NCBI GenBank assembly: GCA_003344405.1
Contig: NOWV01000021.1
Span: 186,001 to 250,000 of the forward strand
Direction: 5' to 3'
DNA length: 64,000 nucleotides
Origin: Trichoplax sp. H2
Taxonomy: Eukaryota
The position numbers and the translations under genes were made by a program. Position 1 is the stretch's first letter. Each line of letters starts with the position of its first letter. Below are positions 41,174-56,591 of this stretch, one piece after another. The notes beneath the pieces were generated by a model. The model searched no databases, was not told where the DNA came from, and saw nothing but the letters and a program-made list of their open reading frames with translations.

Positions 41174-44100
41174 TTAGACTTTTTGAATATGCACCCTGCT
41201 TAGACCGAAATTCTTTAAATAATCGATAGCACTGAAATAAGTTAAAGTAATAAAGAGAGTAAATTTTATCGGCAGATGATTTACTATATTCCATGTGGAG
41301 TACAATTTATGGAAGCTTATTCATTAACCACGGTTTAAGAAAAATGCTACTTGAAGTAGATAAATTTTGCTACTATGTGATAGATCGCTAATCATAATAT
41401 AATTTATATCCACTAAAGTTTACTATATCATTATATTAGTTCTTGAAACGAATTTCAGCTAATGTTATAGCAACAAACTAACTAAATCTTTATTTCAACT
41501 GCTTTTGTACCGTGATAAAGCTACGAGATGCAAAATGTCCATGAAAATTTTTTTAACTTATTGATATTGTAAAAATTATTGCATTAACAGAAGATGATGA
41601 TTGAACGACAACATTATGCTCATTGATTTTTGTAACATATTACCTTTGTTCACCGCAATGGCAGTTGTAAAAATATATCTAGTACGATCTTATGTGTTAT
41701 TCTGCTTTCCCTTTGCTACAAGGAAGTGAAATCAGAATCTCAATCAATTTTGTCTTTTACGATATATGTTACCAATATTTTTCTGCTATTTCTACATTAT
41801 AACGCATTTATTTACGAAAATGCATGATCGACTATCTGAAGAAGCTTGATCACTTAATTTCCATTAAGTCGATGTCTGTAATTACAAAATGTTATATTTT
41901 TATTTGCCATATATTTTCCTTATCGGGTTAATGTTATTATTGCATGACGAATGAACGTGTAATGAAATAGCAAGTTACATTTATACTTGATATATTATAT
42001 CAATACACAGGTAACCCAGCTGAGATTGACCTTTTAGTTGAAGTAGAGAGATTAATCTTGAATTCTATCTCAATAAAGTGAATACTACATCAATGAATTA
42101 TTAATCTAAAGGAGGCGAAGTTATTATTTTTCAAAATTGAATAAATTATAATACCTACAAATAAGTGATTTCCTTTGTTATCCGTTTTCACGCATCAAAT
42201 CGGAGATTATAATTATGACCGAATCTTAGCTTTAATAATAGTAATTGTATTTACTTGCTGGAAAATTCTCTTTGATATCAGATAAATTGACTAGTTGCCA
42301 ATGTTGTTATTAATCCTAAGCTATGTGCTGTTCAAGGGCGCAATTTGAATAACATCAATGTTATTTGTAACTATAGTAAAAGATATCCATAGTACTCAAT
42401 AGGTGTTCAACCAAATTGAATATACGTATTAATATTTAACACCGATGATATTCATCTATTGTCATTAAATTTATTAGAATTTGTACGATAGTGTTATCTT
42501 TCAGTGATGCGTTATCAATCATATCAAAATACATCAAAGGAACTACCAGAAAAAATTAAAATAAATGAAAGATTAATATTAATCATTTTTAATCCGCTAT
42601 TGACATTATAGCCCTTTCCTATTTTCTGCTTATTCAGTATATCGGATCTTGTTTTCTTGCAGATGAGACATTGATGGCATTCAAATGATTTCTTTGACTA
42701 AATCAGCTCAATTATGTCATAATACAGAATTATAGCTATTTCTAGCCATGTCAGTATATATGATAGTGTAGTTACTAGATTTTCTTTTAAAAGATTTAGT
42801 CTCTACTACGATCGAGTTTACTGGATAGAGTTTCAGTCTAAATAAATAAAAGTCAATTATCATTACATTTCTACTTGTAGCGTAAGAATTATCTGGAGAA
42901 ATCTGTGTGCTGAGGTTACTATTTAGCTCATAAATCGTAGAATCTTGTATTCAAAACTAATACACTCTTACGGATTTTAGATGAAAGTTCCATTATTACG
43001 CGTTTAAAATAAGAATACAAATATGAACACGGATATTTATTCATTTATAAAAGAGTATATTTATAGTCATGAGCAATTGTAATAGATTTAAGAAGATATT
43101 CAAGTTACAACGAGGGTATCAGGCATAAAATACCAACTCATTACAGTGCCTCAAACAATAACTTGGTTAATTCCATTCACTTAAACTGTACTGTATCACA
43201 AATTTTAGTATATGTGAAGCTCAAGGATCAGCCCTTGCATCAGACTCTGAAACACGATGCATTTTCATAACTGAAATTTATCCGTAGTGGATACTGCGAG
43301 AGTAATAAAATTGATATTAATATCTTATAAATTTGCTTTCACCCAACTGACTCTACTGTTGATATTTTAATTCTAACAGCTAATTAGATCCCAGTTTATG
43401 GCAGAAGTGCACCAGTCCAATAGACAATATCTATTAGCTCTACAGCAGTAGCAGATCCTAAAATTATAATACAACGTCTTCCTAAAAATGGCATCGGAAA
43501 CTTTTATTTAAAGAATGTTATTAATATACTTAAGTTACAAACCGATATTTGTGTATTTGGCTGCATCTTAGTGCTTAGTGCGTTGTTTTACTTAATTCAG
43601 AAAGAATCTTTCATTTATGAATTGTGATAAACCTTTTCAGTTACAGTCCCAACTTTAATTAATCAATCTCTTATATGTCTGCTACTGAATCTACCTAACA
43701 ATATTTTCGTGCCATTAGTATACTGAGACTACGCTCTCATTTAAAACAAAGCAGTAGTGCATAAGAAATTTAGCGATCGAAATCTTATAGATTTACCTCC
43801 ATATTCCCTGGTGGACATTAAAAGCTATTTGGCGTATTTATATGTTTTACTACTACAGCTATTATGGTAGTGCTAAATATTAAAGCTACGATGGAATTAT
43901 GTTTCGATACTGTTGTACTGTAGTACATGCAATACAGTATAGTAGATAGATTGGATAATGTAAAATGACGATGTTATATTAGCGGTATGCGCACTAATCT
44001 TTCTCCGAGACTGAACCAAAGATGACAGGATATATCCTATACAGCGCACAGTAAAAGGTACCTCGACATTTATAACCCCAGTCGTTTATACAGAGTAATA

Positions 44101-47100
44101 ATAACTAAGTTTACCTAATGTAGATAGTGTAATACTAGGTCTAACCATTTCTTTATTTTAGCTTTATTTCATTCCTCTACTTTTATCTAGTTCTCATATA
44201 AATCTCTTTACATGCTTCAAATGTCCCCTTCTCCTTCCTATATTCTTGTTGAATCTACTGTTGCTAATAGCTTCTCTTCGTAGGTCTATTTGGTTAAGAT
44301 GGTATTGTCCTCCAATAAGTAAGTCATACTATTCCTATAACTTAATTGCATTCTTAAATGGTAAAATAGTTAATAAAAAAGTATGCATCCCATGATATAC
44401 ATAACTTAATATCTGTATCGCACCAGGACCGATTCTAATAAAGTTGCGTAGTCCGATTCTTATATTATAACTGATAATAGGAGCTAACTTTCATGAGCGG
44501 AAGGTGCCGAAATTATTAGTTGGGTAGGACTTCACTGTAACATTAATATTATATTGTTTTGCCATTATTTAATTCGCTATTACGTTCACGTATCGTATCA
44601 TCATAGTCGAATAACTCGCATGTATGACAGTAAATGTATAAAATAATGATAACGTCTTTCTGCTTGATTTAAGCGACAATGTGCGAAATTTTAGTCTTCA
44701 TAATGCGCGTGAATAATTCATCCTAGATCATGTGCCTGAGATTTATGCTTAGAATGCTTGCAGCTTAAAATGTGACTATGCAATGCAGTCTTAAACTAGA
44801 TAATACTTATACTCATATAGGTTCGATTTTAAGATTGTACACAAGTGTCTATTTTCACAGTGGAGACATCGAGGCCGATCATTTTATTAAAAGAGCTAAA
44901 TCATATATTATACGGTATAGTGGAGTTAAACAAGAAGTTAAAGTTCCCGTCATCTTATTTTGAGACACTTTGTTACAGGCTTACAACTGCATTGAGCTAA
45001 GTTTTAAAGACAGTGCCGTTACGAGGCAGAGCACTGCATAGTTGAATATTGACAGAGTATTACCAAAATGCTATCCAAGAATAACATAAAATCATGGCAA
45101 GAACAGTCATGAAATGAATTGAAATGGTTTCTGATGCATATAAAAAAATAAGTATGGAAATTCAGGATAAGTGAAGACCTTGCAAATTAATAGACAAAAT
45201 TTAATCGCTGTAATAAGAATAATTCAATTATCTAAGGAGTAAATGTCATTTTTTTGCCAATAAAGATGGTGTGGATTTTAATTTAGTAGCTGTGTAATAA
45301 AATTTCAAACATTGAACTTATGGTAGTACCGTATTATCACGTGAATACTTACATAACTGGTAGAAGGGAGGAGACCCATATTTACAACGTATCTTCTACT
45401 TGAAATGTTCCATATTAAAATTTTAAGTGTATTTAATGAAAATGCTGTATGCTTAAAATATCTAGAGGTCAAACAAGCCTCAAAAGCTTACTTTTCTGCT
45501 AAACCGGCAGGATTTACTACACGAAGACTTTTTATCATCGCGTAGTAATTATTAGATTTTATTGAGAATTCTGTTGAACATAAATTGAAATCTCCTACAG
45601 ATTTGGAGCAAATTACTAGAAAATATCATGACATCGATTTAGTGTTATTACAAGAATCGTAAAAGAAATAAAAATAACAATGTATAGAAATTCTACCATA
45701 TTTTTATTTTATCCTGCAAGGAATTTCCTAGGCTTTTCTGATCTGTTTTGAATATACACGCAGGTCAAAAAGCCCATAACTGATGTCTCATCATTCCAGT
45801 TTTGCTAATGGCGTTGCATGTACATGTATAAAATAAACACTTTCCGTATTGTAACTTTCTGATTGCATCCACGTGTGTTGCTGCTGTCAATTAAACCCAT
45901 TTCCAATAAAAATCCGCCAACTTGCAATGCAGGTGGGAGGCGTAATAATATACTACTGCGATCTATTCCCCGAAGTCAAGGTGAACCTTGGAACGTGCTA
46001 AAATTATTTAATCGCCCCTATCTTGACTTTCGTTGCCTTTCAAGCTATTTCATCCTGAAGTTCAATACTTCTAGTAAAGTGCAAGTAAACACAAGTAAAG
46101 GAACCGTTATTACTCGCGAAGAAATTAAAGGTATGAAGAGCTAGTTAATTTATAATATGCTACCAAATACTTTGTAACGTTAGTGACAGATCTGAGATTT
46201 TCATTTTTTCCGCTACTCTGTGGCTTATCCTTGGCATTTTATATTTTAAGAACAGTTTGCGTAGTATTTTAAATACCGCTAATGTAACTTGCATATTAAA
46301 TTACAAATATTGATCAGGGCGCGCCTATACAATGCTAAATTTGAGTGTTAAAAAAGACGATGAGTGATAGCTTAGCATAATTTGATTTGTTGGCCAATTT
46401 TTCTCTAGATTTTGCAGTGAAATTTTCATATGGGTTATGTCGGAATTAGAACCATTTTTGTTGTTGAGGACTTAAATTATATTATCGAAGTTTTTCTAAG
46501 TGATGCGCTTGTCATAATAATCAAGCGGATTAGCACATGATATCAGGATGGGATCCTACGTGACCTTCGCCTAGAATAGACTACTCGTAAATATCGATGA
46601 TTGCACAGCTTACATTTATATTATGAACCTGCTTGCGATAATTTGATATCCTACAAGAAATTAACATATACTCACTAATTTTAACCCTGGGTTTGACTAT
46701 TTATCTGTCAATGGCTTAAGCTATCTCTAAATTACAAACACTGTATGCCATAACTTGACCTTTGTGATCAATGACTAGTAAAAACGTATATTGTACTGTG
46801 ACGCATAAATATGAATAAAGAGATTTAACTAGTATCTCAATTATTAAGTATCAACTATGAATTAAAATAACATGACAGTTACTGCAAAGTTGCTCTCATT
46901 TACTACTTCCTAGTAAGCTGTCTTATACACATTTTCGTTAACCAGCCGAATTAGTAGTTAGGACTAGTACATGGTACGATACTGTCGTATAATTGCAAGT
47001 TATATATCAAATGAGCTAGTCTTAGCTTAATTTAGTATAAATCTAAATACTACATTACCAAATAATATCCTGGTATAAATGGACCTCAGATTTTATCTGT

Positions 47101-50100
47101 TAAGTAGATTTGAAATATTATGAATTACTCGTATAATTTGGTAACAACACGTAATAACTTGGGTTTGCCATTATTTGTGCATGCAATGCACCCACGACCC
47201 CTGATGTTTTTGGCGTAAATATTGGGGCATGATCTTTTGGGTGGTAACTGGTGTAGTTTTCTCAAAACATAATTGTCCGGTACGTGAGCTAAGCAGAGAG
47301 ATAGATTCCATTTAGTAGGAACATTAGCGCAAAATTTAAATTTTATAACGCCATATCCAGAATTATAAACGAGACTTTTCCGTCACGCATTTAGATGTAC
47401 CTTTATAAGTAAGCCTATAAATAGGTACGATTCGCTTTAATAGCCTTATCTGTAGTTAAATGAAAGACGGGAATAAAAATCGTTCAAATTATTTGTTTAG
47501 ATGGAATTTATCGTAAATGTAAATTATACCTTACGCGATTGAGTCACTAACATGCAGTGGGATTTAATATCTTACTATCACGATAGTGATTCCAGCTGTC
47601 AATACACGTATGTTTGAATTTGAACTTTTCATTTTAATGTTGTTATATGCTGCATTATAAAATAGAGCATTTTTCATATAGCAAACTAATTTAGCTTAGT
47701 GTTTGACTCAGAGTGTAATAAAAAATCTTGTAGTTTACTATTTAATGCCACAAAATGGAGACTGCATTCTTTCTGTCACTATTATTGACCACATATTGTG
47801 GATATATCAGAATAACAAGGGTATGCAGTCTCCTTACGTAAACGCTGAAACAGAAAGCCCAGACAGAAGTTCTCTATACATATTAGCATACTGTAGTACT
47901 GAGCACGTAGAACTATGTATAGTGCATTAAATCTTTGTAAATGCAATAGCATTAATATCATGCATATTGTAGTCAGTCTATAGCCATCACATTAATGGAA
48001 GATATGGGATTGCTGTATTAGTAAATGTTAGGTTTATTGGCTGTTGCAAGACAGAAACACTTTTTACGATTCAATTCTGTTTTGAGGCATGTTGAGCAGC
48101 AAAATTTTAGCAAGCGGGAAATGATAGATTGTTTAACAATTTAATTTGTTTTATTATCATACCAAAAGTTAAAAAATTTATCGAGGTCAGGAAGTTCTCA
48201 GATCTCAAAAATTGAGTTCAAAAAATTTCTTGTAAAAATTATGAAAATTTGTTACGTAAGCAAATTGGGTAGGAGTTCTATACTTTACGTCATAGTGCAG
48301 CATGATGTTAATTATTCCTTTTTATTTATACAGTCATCGTTACATGAATGCGATGGCTCCCGGTGCTACAATCTATCTAACCTCTCATTAAATGTGCAGT
48401 AATGGCACTGTATGGAAGCATACTCAATGCACTTATGTACAGTATATATCTAAAAGCGTATGTACTGTCTATATCTATACCATGTCGACGTATATTGGTA
48501 AATATATAGATGCACGTAGTTATTTTTGGTCCTACATCATTCTACATCATTCGTGCCCTACATAGTTTATATAAATAAATATTCGTATGTGTATATAGAT
48601 GCGGAGGTGTACGAAACTCAGAAAATCAAATTTAAACCCACTTACCGGTAGCTAAATCAGATCGTCTAATCAACGAAATGTACCGCATGTTCATGATGAT
48701 TTTATGTGAGGGGTGGAGATAAAAAAGAGCGTGACGAAAAAAATTTGCATATACAATTATGTGGGCAGGTTATTAGCATCATGCCGTTGGTAGAAATAAC
48801 TTGTGCACAATAGTGTCGCTTGTATACAGTAGTTCATGTGTTGCACCAGTTTACTAATCCGCGCAACATGCATATACAATATATTGCATAGGAATCGATC
48901 TTTTGCGTAATTTATACCTTACCATATATCCTAGTATGCAGGAATGTGGGAAAACGCCGAGCTTACAAATATCTATACGTATATCTTTCATTCTACAATA
49001 ATTTGAGTATTGTATTATATTATTATCCACTCAATAGCGCCAGTTAACTTTCGGCAAGATCTAAAACTCATCAAGTAACCACTACTTAAATTTGAAAAAT
49101 TTTTGAGCATTAAGATGAAATATTATATAATGTAATGTCTCGTGCAAACTTACATAGAATCAATTGGTCATAATGTCAATGATCTGACGTCAGACACGGC
49201 ACAGCTAGGACTCTAACCTTTAGTCCATAATTAAGATGCACTTATTGTGTTCTACAGTCTGGAATTGATATGATTCATATAGTCGCGATCAAATAAATTC
49301 CGTGATAGATTTTCATCTATGCAAGCACATAATCTAAGTCAATATTTTTTCTTGAGTAACAAAAATGGAAGCGTAATAAATAATATCTTATAAGATGATG
49401 TCAAAAAATTATATAATCTGAAAATATTAACATAAAATTATTACGATAAAGTAATTGAGAGTTTATTGTTACAGTTATTTCCTGTAATTAACTAATGTTC
49501 ACGATTGCCTGATTATTAATATCGCAATCTATTATTATTATGATAATGACAAGCGAGTTAATCATGCATGTGATGATCATCTTGAATACAGATCTAATCA
49601 AGGGGTGATTACAAAAAAAGCTATGATCTATTTTGTATTCATGCCTTGATGTATATAACATATCCATCATATAGTTACAACTAGAGCATGATGGATGCTC
49701 TTATAGAAATTATCATGTAGTTGTGAACAAATTACGGTACTGACCTAGAGAACAGTGCTCATCTTTGTCATGATGGTACAGCTTGATTTAACTATTGCAG
49801 TTTAAGATTAACCTGTAAAATTGAAAAATGTCATTTGAAAATAATTTTACCTTGTAGAATAGATACACATATGAAATAAAAGATAATCAAAGTTAATGAG
49901 CTACCGTTTGCAACCGATGTCAACTTCGCGTTAATCGATAGTTCTATCATATCAGAAAGAATTGAGTCATGAATAGCATTGCATCAAGTATAACTTTAAA
50001 TAACGCTATCATTATCAATATCATGGTGGGTGTAATCGTTGTATACCATGGTAGAAAGAAACAAGTTTGACCGTAGTCATCACTCTTGGAGGATAATGCT

Positions 50101-51891
50101 ATTTATATTCGAGTAGGATATTATTGAGGTTACGGATTGACCGTGCATAGTCAATGTTGTGTTAATGAAGGTCCGCTTTGATCACTGTTATAATGTTAAG
50201 AGGGTTTATTTTGACAGTGCATTTTTGCTTGCTTATTAACATGAAATAATAGAAGGAAGATTAAAATAAACTCGACTAGCAACAAAGGCAAAACCCTTTT
50301 TAAGTGCATAAAAAGTGTTCATGCTGTGATTAAATTGAAATCATCATACCATCAAGAGGCAAGTTCATACGATACATGCCTATCTTAACGTTCAACTCTA
50401 TGCCATACTAGCATAAAGTAGAACATTAGTCCACTTTTCAACTTGCTGCTAACAACAAAAATGGCCACCAATTGATTTGGAGGCTATTGTTACCGTTAGG
50501 GGGTTGGTAGATAGGGCTAAAATTCAAAAGATTTACGTGAACAATGGCGAGTTGAAAGACATCTTCCAAGGGTAAACAACAATTATTTAATCAAGAGAAT
50601 ATATTAACGAGTCTTGTCCAATTTTTTTTCCTCTTTTCACTCTACTTCTTCGATACACAAGTATATGATTTAGCGCTCTTCTTCAGCACTATTGATACTA
50701 GTTGACTAGCACTACTTAAATGCACTTATTCTATAATACTAAATAGTGTTGCAAAACTTTCTTCTGGCATCCACCAGCCCTACGCAGACGTTATACGATT
50801 TGGCTAACTTTTTCCATTACATCCTCTTATTTGACCTTAACAACTGTACTATGCTAATATTGCACAACGATAGGAGTTATCGCAGGATCCTTGTGCCCGT
50901 TACAACAATGCATAAATTTTAAACTTGGACTTTCTGTAATGCGGTCGTTATTATTTTCAAGTATAATCACGAATCAGAAAGCAATTAGTATTATTTCCAA
51001 GCTAAACATTGTCTCATTTTCCAAAGAAATACCACTAAAAGAGTAAAAAAATCAAGAAAAAGATTAGGTGAACTTACAAGAAGAGGAAAAAAAATCCAAT
51101 CATCATCTACATTGTAAGCTCTATCATCATTCTACCTAGTGCTAGTTACCTCCTGTTAACAGGCTACATTTGATTATAATTATTATTCTCCATGAAATAA
51201 TCTGTTAATTTTAGAGTACTAGTGGAGGTTTTTTTCTTCCTTCTTTTTGTTTTTCTATCTTAATATGATTGCATCGATAAGATAGTATTATGCTTTGGTA
51301 GCACCGATGACTGATATCGTTTAAATATTAACTATTTTAGCAAGATAGAAAGCGATAAAGATAAAAAGGAAGAAAAATTCAACATTAAACGAGTAGAAAA
51401 GATTTACCGATTATCTACTTTCCATCCTATTTGTATAAGTAGATTAGACAGCACAATTGATATAGTTATATGGTATTAAACCATCGAAAGAAAATTTTTC
51501 CTCGAAGACCAGATTAACCGAAATCAACCTTTTCAGCAAGACATTCTTGACTTATCTTATCTATGCTTTTTTTCTTGGATCATTACTAGAAATACGATAT
51601 TTCTCAATATTACCATACAAGTACTTAACGGAAAGGTTTATTTGATCGAAAAAGTTGAAAAGAAAAAAAGGTAGAACCCTACCGCTACTCGTACTGACAA
51701 ATATAAAAGCAACGTCCTAGTGGTCGTTTTTTCTTTTTGATATCATTGCATAAGGATTACCCTCTAATTATTGACAGAGGGGAGAAAAAGTTAGTCAAAG
51801 GCCGATAACGTGATTCCTCAATCTCATCGCCAGCATTGAGGCTAAATACATCCATTTTTTTTCCAATACTAGTAACAAGAAAAGCTTGATC

Positions 51892-54800
51892 ATGACGAAA
51901 TCGAACAGGATATTCAAGTGTATTATCTACGTGGTATTACTAAGTCATAGTCTGAATTGGCAATTGGTCACTGGCTTTCCCAAACCACCTGTGGATAATA
52001 TGATGATCTCATCATGGAATCGTCGGCTAAGTGAGGATAATCATTATCATGGCGATAGTGATGAAGAATTCAGCAAACACTTAGAAAGCCAATTATTATA
52101 TCACATTGAACGACAAGATCGACGTCAACATCGTCAAAAAGTACCCCAATTAATGCATGATTTATATCATATAAGAGCCGAGCAACATCAGCAACAAATG
52201 AGCCAAGAAGAGGAAGAAAATTATCTTCCTATCCAACATAATTATATGGATATACCATTTGTCAGTAAAATGGCTATTAATAGCGTAGTCAGAAATTTCC
52301 ATCATCAAGGTAAGACAGCTAGCTTACTTGATTCTTAACTTCTTGCTTGAAAGTAGTTAAAATAATTTAGCTTTCCTTGATATTAGGACAATAAAGAGCT
52401 TGTATACTTAAAGTATGACAATAGGGGAGAATAATAAATTGAAATTATAGTTTACTTCAGAATGAATTTAAAGTCAATGCTTGTATATTTTTTAGCCGAA
52501 ATCTACTTTCAATATCATAACCTTAATGACCTACTCTATCACTAGAATCAGTGACTTAAAATTTGATTGCCCGACAACGAATTTGTTCACTTGTCGTCCT
52601 CTAATATATCACAACTTTATTACTATCTTGACTGTAGTTTGTACTTTTCTAAAATGTCTTAATAGTTATGATCGAGTTAATATCATGATAGACAAACTCT
52701 TCACATAAGACTTGACAGTATTGCATTATGGCGATGGGGAATGTGTCCAAAGCAAGTGTGCATTTACTTCTTAACCTGTATCTCTGCCATTATTGTACTA
52801 CCGGTGATTTTAGACTGATTATAGTTGTTAACTGAAGCTTGTCGTTTGGATGAAGAGGGATTACTTAAAGCATAATTCGCTCTATTCTTTCTGTTATCAG
52901 CTTCCCTAGTATATTATTATTAATAACGATTCATAGCATTTACCTCGACTCCATATAGAACATCCTTTTCAAATACGACAGCTAGAATAATTTACACAGT
53001 ACTGTATTCCATTAATGCCGACTACTATGATTAGTTCTAGGATAAATGACCTGCTTTATCAAACTACAGTATCTTTTATAGCTTTTAAATCCGTAATAGT
53101 GTAAAGAGGTTCAATAGCTTGGCGCTATAAGATCGTTGGGTTCACTTCATAGTCTTCCCTCCATTAACTACCGTAGCTTACGTCTAAAGATAGAATGTTC
53201 ACTACAGAAATAGACGACTATTTTCTATGCCTTAAAAAACTAATCCATGGTTTGCTTTAACAAGAAAATATGCTTAAAATTTAATAAAAAATATAAGTGC
53301 TATCGTCAATTAATCTATTGCTCATAAACAAACGCTTTACTACCGCCATCCTTATTATGGCACTATTTATGTATAGAATAATTGAACACTAGAGCATAAA
53401 ATTGCTACCTATCGATAAAATTTCTATCCCAATCGAAAAATCAATGCACAAAATCGATTTATTCCCGTCGAATTGCTTAATATTAGCTTTTAATGGTTAT
53501 TACAATATCAAATGTTTTGCGAATTTATTTTGCAACATTTGTAATTATGAAGGATTGGCTGCATCATGCTTTTTCAGAACTTTGCTTATATTGTTGATAC
53601 AATGGGCAATCTTATCCAGCAGAGCAAAAAACTTTATTGTTCACTATTGTTGTAAAAAATACAGACGGTAGAAAAAGTTGTAGTAGAATAACTCCGTCTC
53701 AATCGATTAAGAATCATCTTCAAGTCTACTTAAATCACAATATCAACATTGTCTTGATATCAATTCTGTCTACACTACTACAATAATATTTTGTTGGCCC
53801 ATAAGAAATTGGTTATAAGGCAACTATTGTAAGTTACATAAGATGACCAAAGGACACCTATTTAGTTTCCTTTGTCTCATAGTATAGTAGAAGATATTGT
53901 TATGAGAGCAAAGTATTTCACCACGGCAATTACACTACATAATTTACTCCTATCGGTGCCACCTTGTTGACCTTGCAAATTTCAAAATATAGTAGAGTAA
54001 AAGGGATAGATTGAAGTAGGGTTAGAATGAACGTGTTTTCATGATAGGTCATCATTAAAGTAGAATGGATAAAATAGTGAATATAATTTACATGTACTAT
54101 GGAATAGTAGACGATTGAAAGATGATGATGCATAAGCTGTACATTCTGATATCTGACTGTATTTAAGATTAAAAAAGTGAGTAGTTATAATGTAAAATAT
54201 AGTAAAGAGGGAAGAATTGTAGCTTTTTTTACTAATAAAAGTAATGGCTAATTTTTAAATTATACATTTTAACTCTTAAGACTAATCTTTATCGATCATG
54301 AAGGCGGGAATTGAAATTACATTTCATGGTAAATGACCGTTAATCAACTGAACAATATCTATACAATAGCGTCGAGACTGTATAGAATAATTGAAAACTT
54401 TAAATTTCAAGTATTAAAGTCTTCAATATTCTCTAAGTTATAGAGTAGTATATAATTTATTTAAACTGAATCGTAACTAAGCCAACAAATTTCATTGAAA
54501 CTTAAAACATAACAGATAAAATTGCTGACAGAATTACCTCCAAATTTTTCTCATAAGAATATTTAATTTTTTCCCCATTCGATTAACGAAGATAAAAGTA
54601 ATGATAAATTTATATTACTGTTTCTAAGTATTATTAATAAAACTTGTTGCGAACAATAAATGTTCGAATAGTAGTAGCAATCGACTAGTTCACTCGTATC
54701 ACCGGTATAATTAATCAACAGTACTCTATACAAATTCAAGATATGTAAACTTTTAAATATTCAGTATTCCTCCCCATCGAACTTTCAAGTTCAATAATCC

Positions 54801-56316
54801 AGATAAATCATCCGTGATAATCTAAATTCAAATTGAATAGTCATAATGTGCGATTTCATTTTTTAATTACTGAAGATTTAATCTATCGGAAAGAATAATT
54901 AATGAAGCAATTTTTGTTTATTTATATAGTGTTATAGATCACTATAAACATAGTCCTGGGGTTACTTGAATAGCTTAATATTCTCCATTTTTCCGTAGTA
55001 AGATAACTATTGAAAGTACTCTTCGATCATTTGTATTACTTAACATACAATATTTTTCTTTGAAATCCATTATCTATAACATAATTTCCAATGAAAACGT
55101 TAAGCAAGATTCCTAGTATTGTTAATTTTTGCCTTTCCTTGACTACTGATACAACTTGAGATTTGATCGATTACTATTATTGATTAAAAATGTTCTAATT
55201 TACGCATCTACAGTTAACCAACTATAACCGTTAGTTATCAAGTCTTTTTACCTTTAAATACACCTAATTTGTTGGTTAACGTACTGATTTTCATTGCATG
55301 CTTCCATCAATCTTTTTACGTCAATTATTCGATCATAAATATTTACCTATAGCAAAGCATATTTTTCTTCTACTACAATATCTTATTTAAGCTTAGATCA
55401 ATATTGATTAAAATTTTTTTTCTATATATTTTAATCAACTAAAGGAGAACTAAGTGATAAAGGAATTGTCAATGATAATATCTTATACTTCGATTTATCA
55501 TCGGAGAATCCTGATGAAGAAATCCTCGATCAAGCCATCTTACGCATTCATTACCATGGTCAATCTCCTCACGATAATGCTTTCGGAGCAAGTATTGTAC
55601 GAGTTTATATCGTTACGACTCATCAATCTCGAATGGATTACAAATTAATTAACGAAGAAAAGCTGGCAAGTAATGCTTCCAAATGGATCTCCATCGATGT
55701 TACACAAGCCGTCAAAAATTGGCTTACTAAAAGTCATCCTAATCTAGGCTTGAAAGTCGAAGTAGTGAACCTTCATTCTGTTCCTAGTAAATCCAACAGG
55801 CAACTTCCGAGTGAATTGATGAATAATAACCGAAAGTCAAATCATCGCTTACGCCTTAGGCGCGGTCTAAATCATTTAGAAAATCAGGATCAATGGAATC
55901 AACAGCGCCCTATTTTGTTAATCCATAGCCATGATAAGACAATTGTTCATCAACGACGTAAAAGAGCAACTACGAGTACGACAACAAGCACCAAATCAAA
56001 GAAAGGCTGCAAACGGCATAAGTTAAAGGTTAATTTTGCCGCAGTGGGATGGAATGATTGGATAATTGCGCCTAAAGATTACGATGCTTACTTGTGTAAA
56101 GGGCGCTGCAAATTTCCTCTTAGTCAACACATGAATGCAACTAATCATGCTATCATACAAACCGTAGCCAATCAACATTCACCAGATGAAGTTCCATTAC
56201 CGTGCTGTGTACCAACTGAACTAGATCCAATTCCGTTGTTGTACATTAATGCTAGAGGTAAAAGTGTTTTAAAAAGTTATAGAGACATGGTTGTAAGGCA
56301 GTGTGGTTGTCGATAA
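51892..56316 (+). CDS. BMP2/4: BMP2/4 (Dpp-class) TGF-beta family ligand precursor
   Basis: Exons 51892-52309 and 55445-56316 (phase 1, after RNFHHQ, matching the RSFHH intron position of BMP2/4 genes). Signal peptide; prodomain motifs VPQLMHDLY and WISIDVTQAVKNW; furin site RRKR; 7-Cys mature domain CKRHKLKVNFAAVGWNDWIIAP..C..C..NATNHAIIQT..CCVPTEL..CGCR. Confidence 0.95.
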
Positions 56317-56404
56317 ATTATGTGTGTTCTAGCATGGCTATGGAGCCAGAATCAAAATCAATTCCATCACATCTACAAAAATATTTCTATCTATAGATAA
56401 AAAT

Positions 56405-56460
56405 CTATCTATATATATTATATATATATATATATATTATATTTATAATAATAATTATAA
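56405..56460. repeat. (TA)n low-complexity tract in the BMP 3' flank
   Basis: tatatatattatatatatatatatatattat... Confidence 0.9.
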
Positions 56461-56591
56461 GTAAACATAAATCTATAAATGACCTTGCGGGGAAGTGACC
56501 AGATGAATATAGGATTATGTGGCGTTTTCAAATCATTATTAGACATGTGGACGCAAACCCAAATATACGTACAGATACATATACTCAAAGT

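Noticed and set aside
44772..49670. Short ORFs in the BMP upstream tract (44772, 45863, 47703, 49488)
   Set aside because: No recognisable domain and no coherent exon chain.
52526..55648. ORFs within the BMP intron and the off-frame ORF 55454-55648
   Set aside because: Intronic; true exon 2 uses the frame continuous with 55633.
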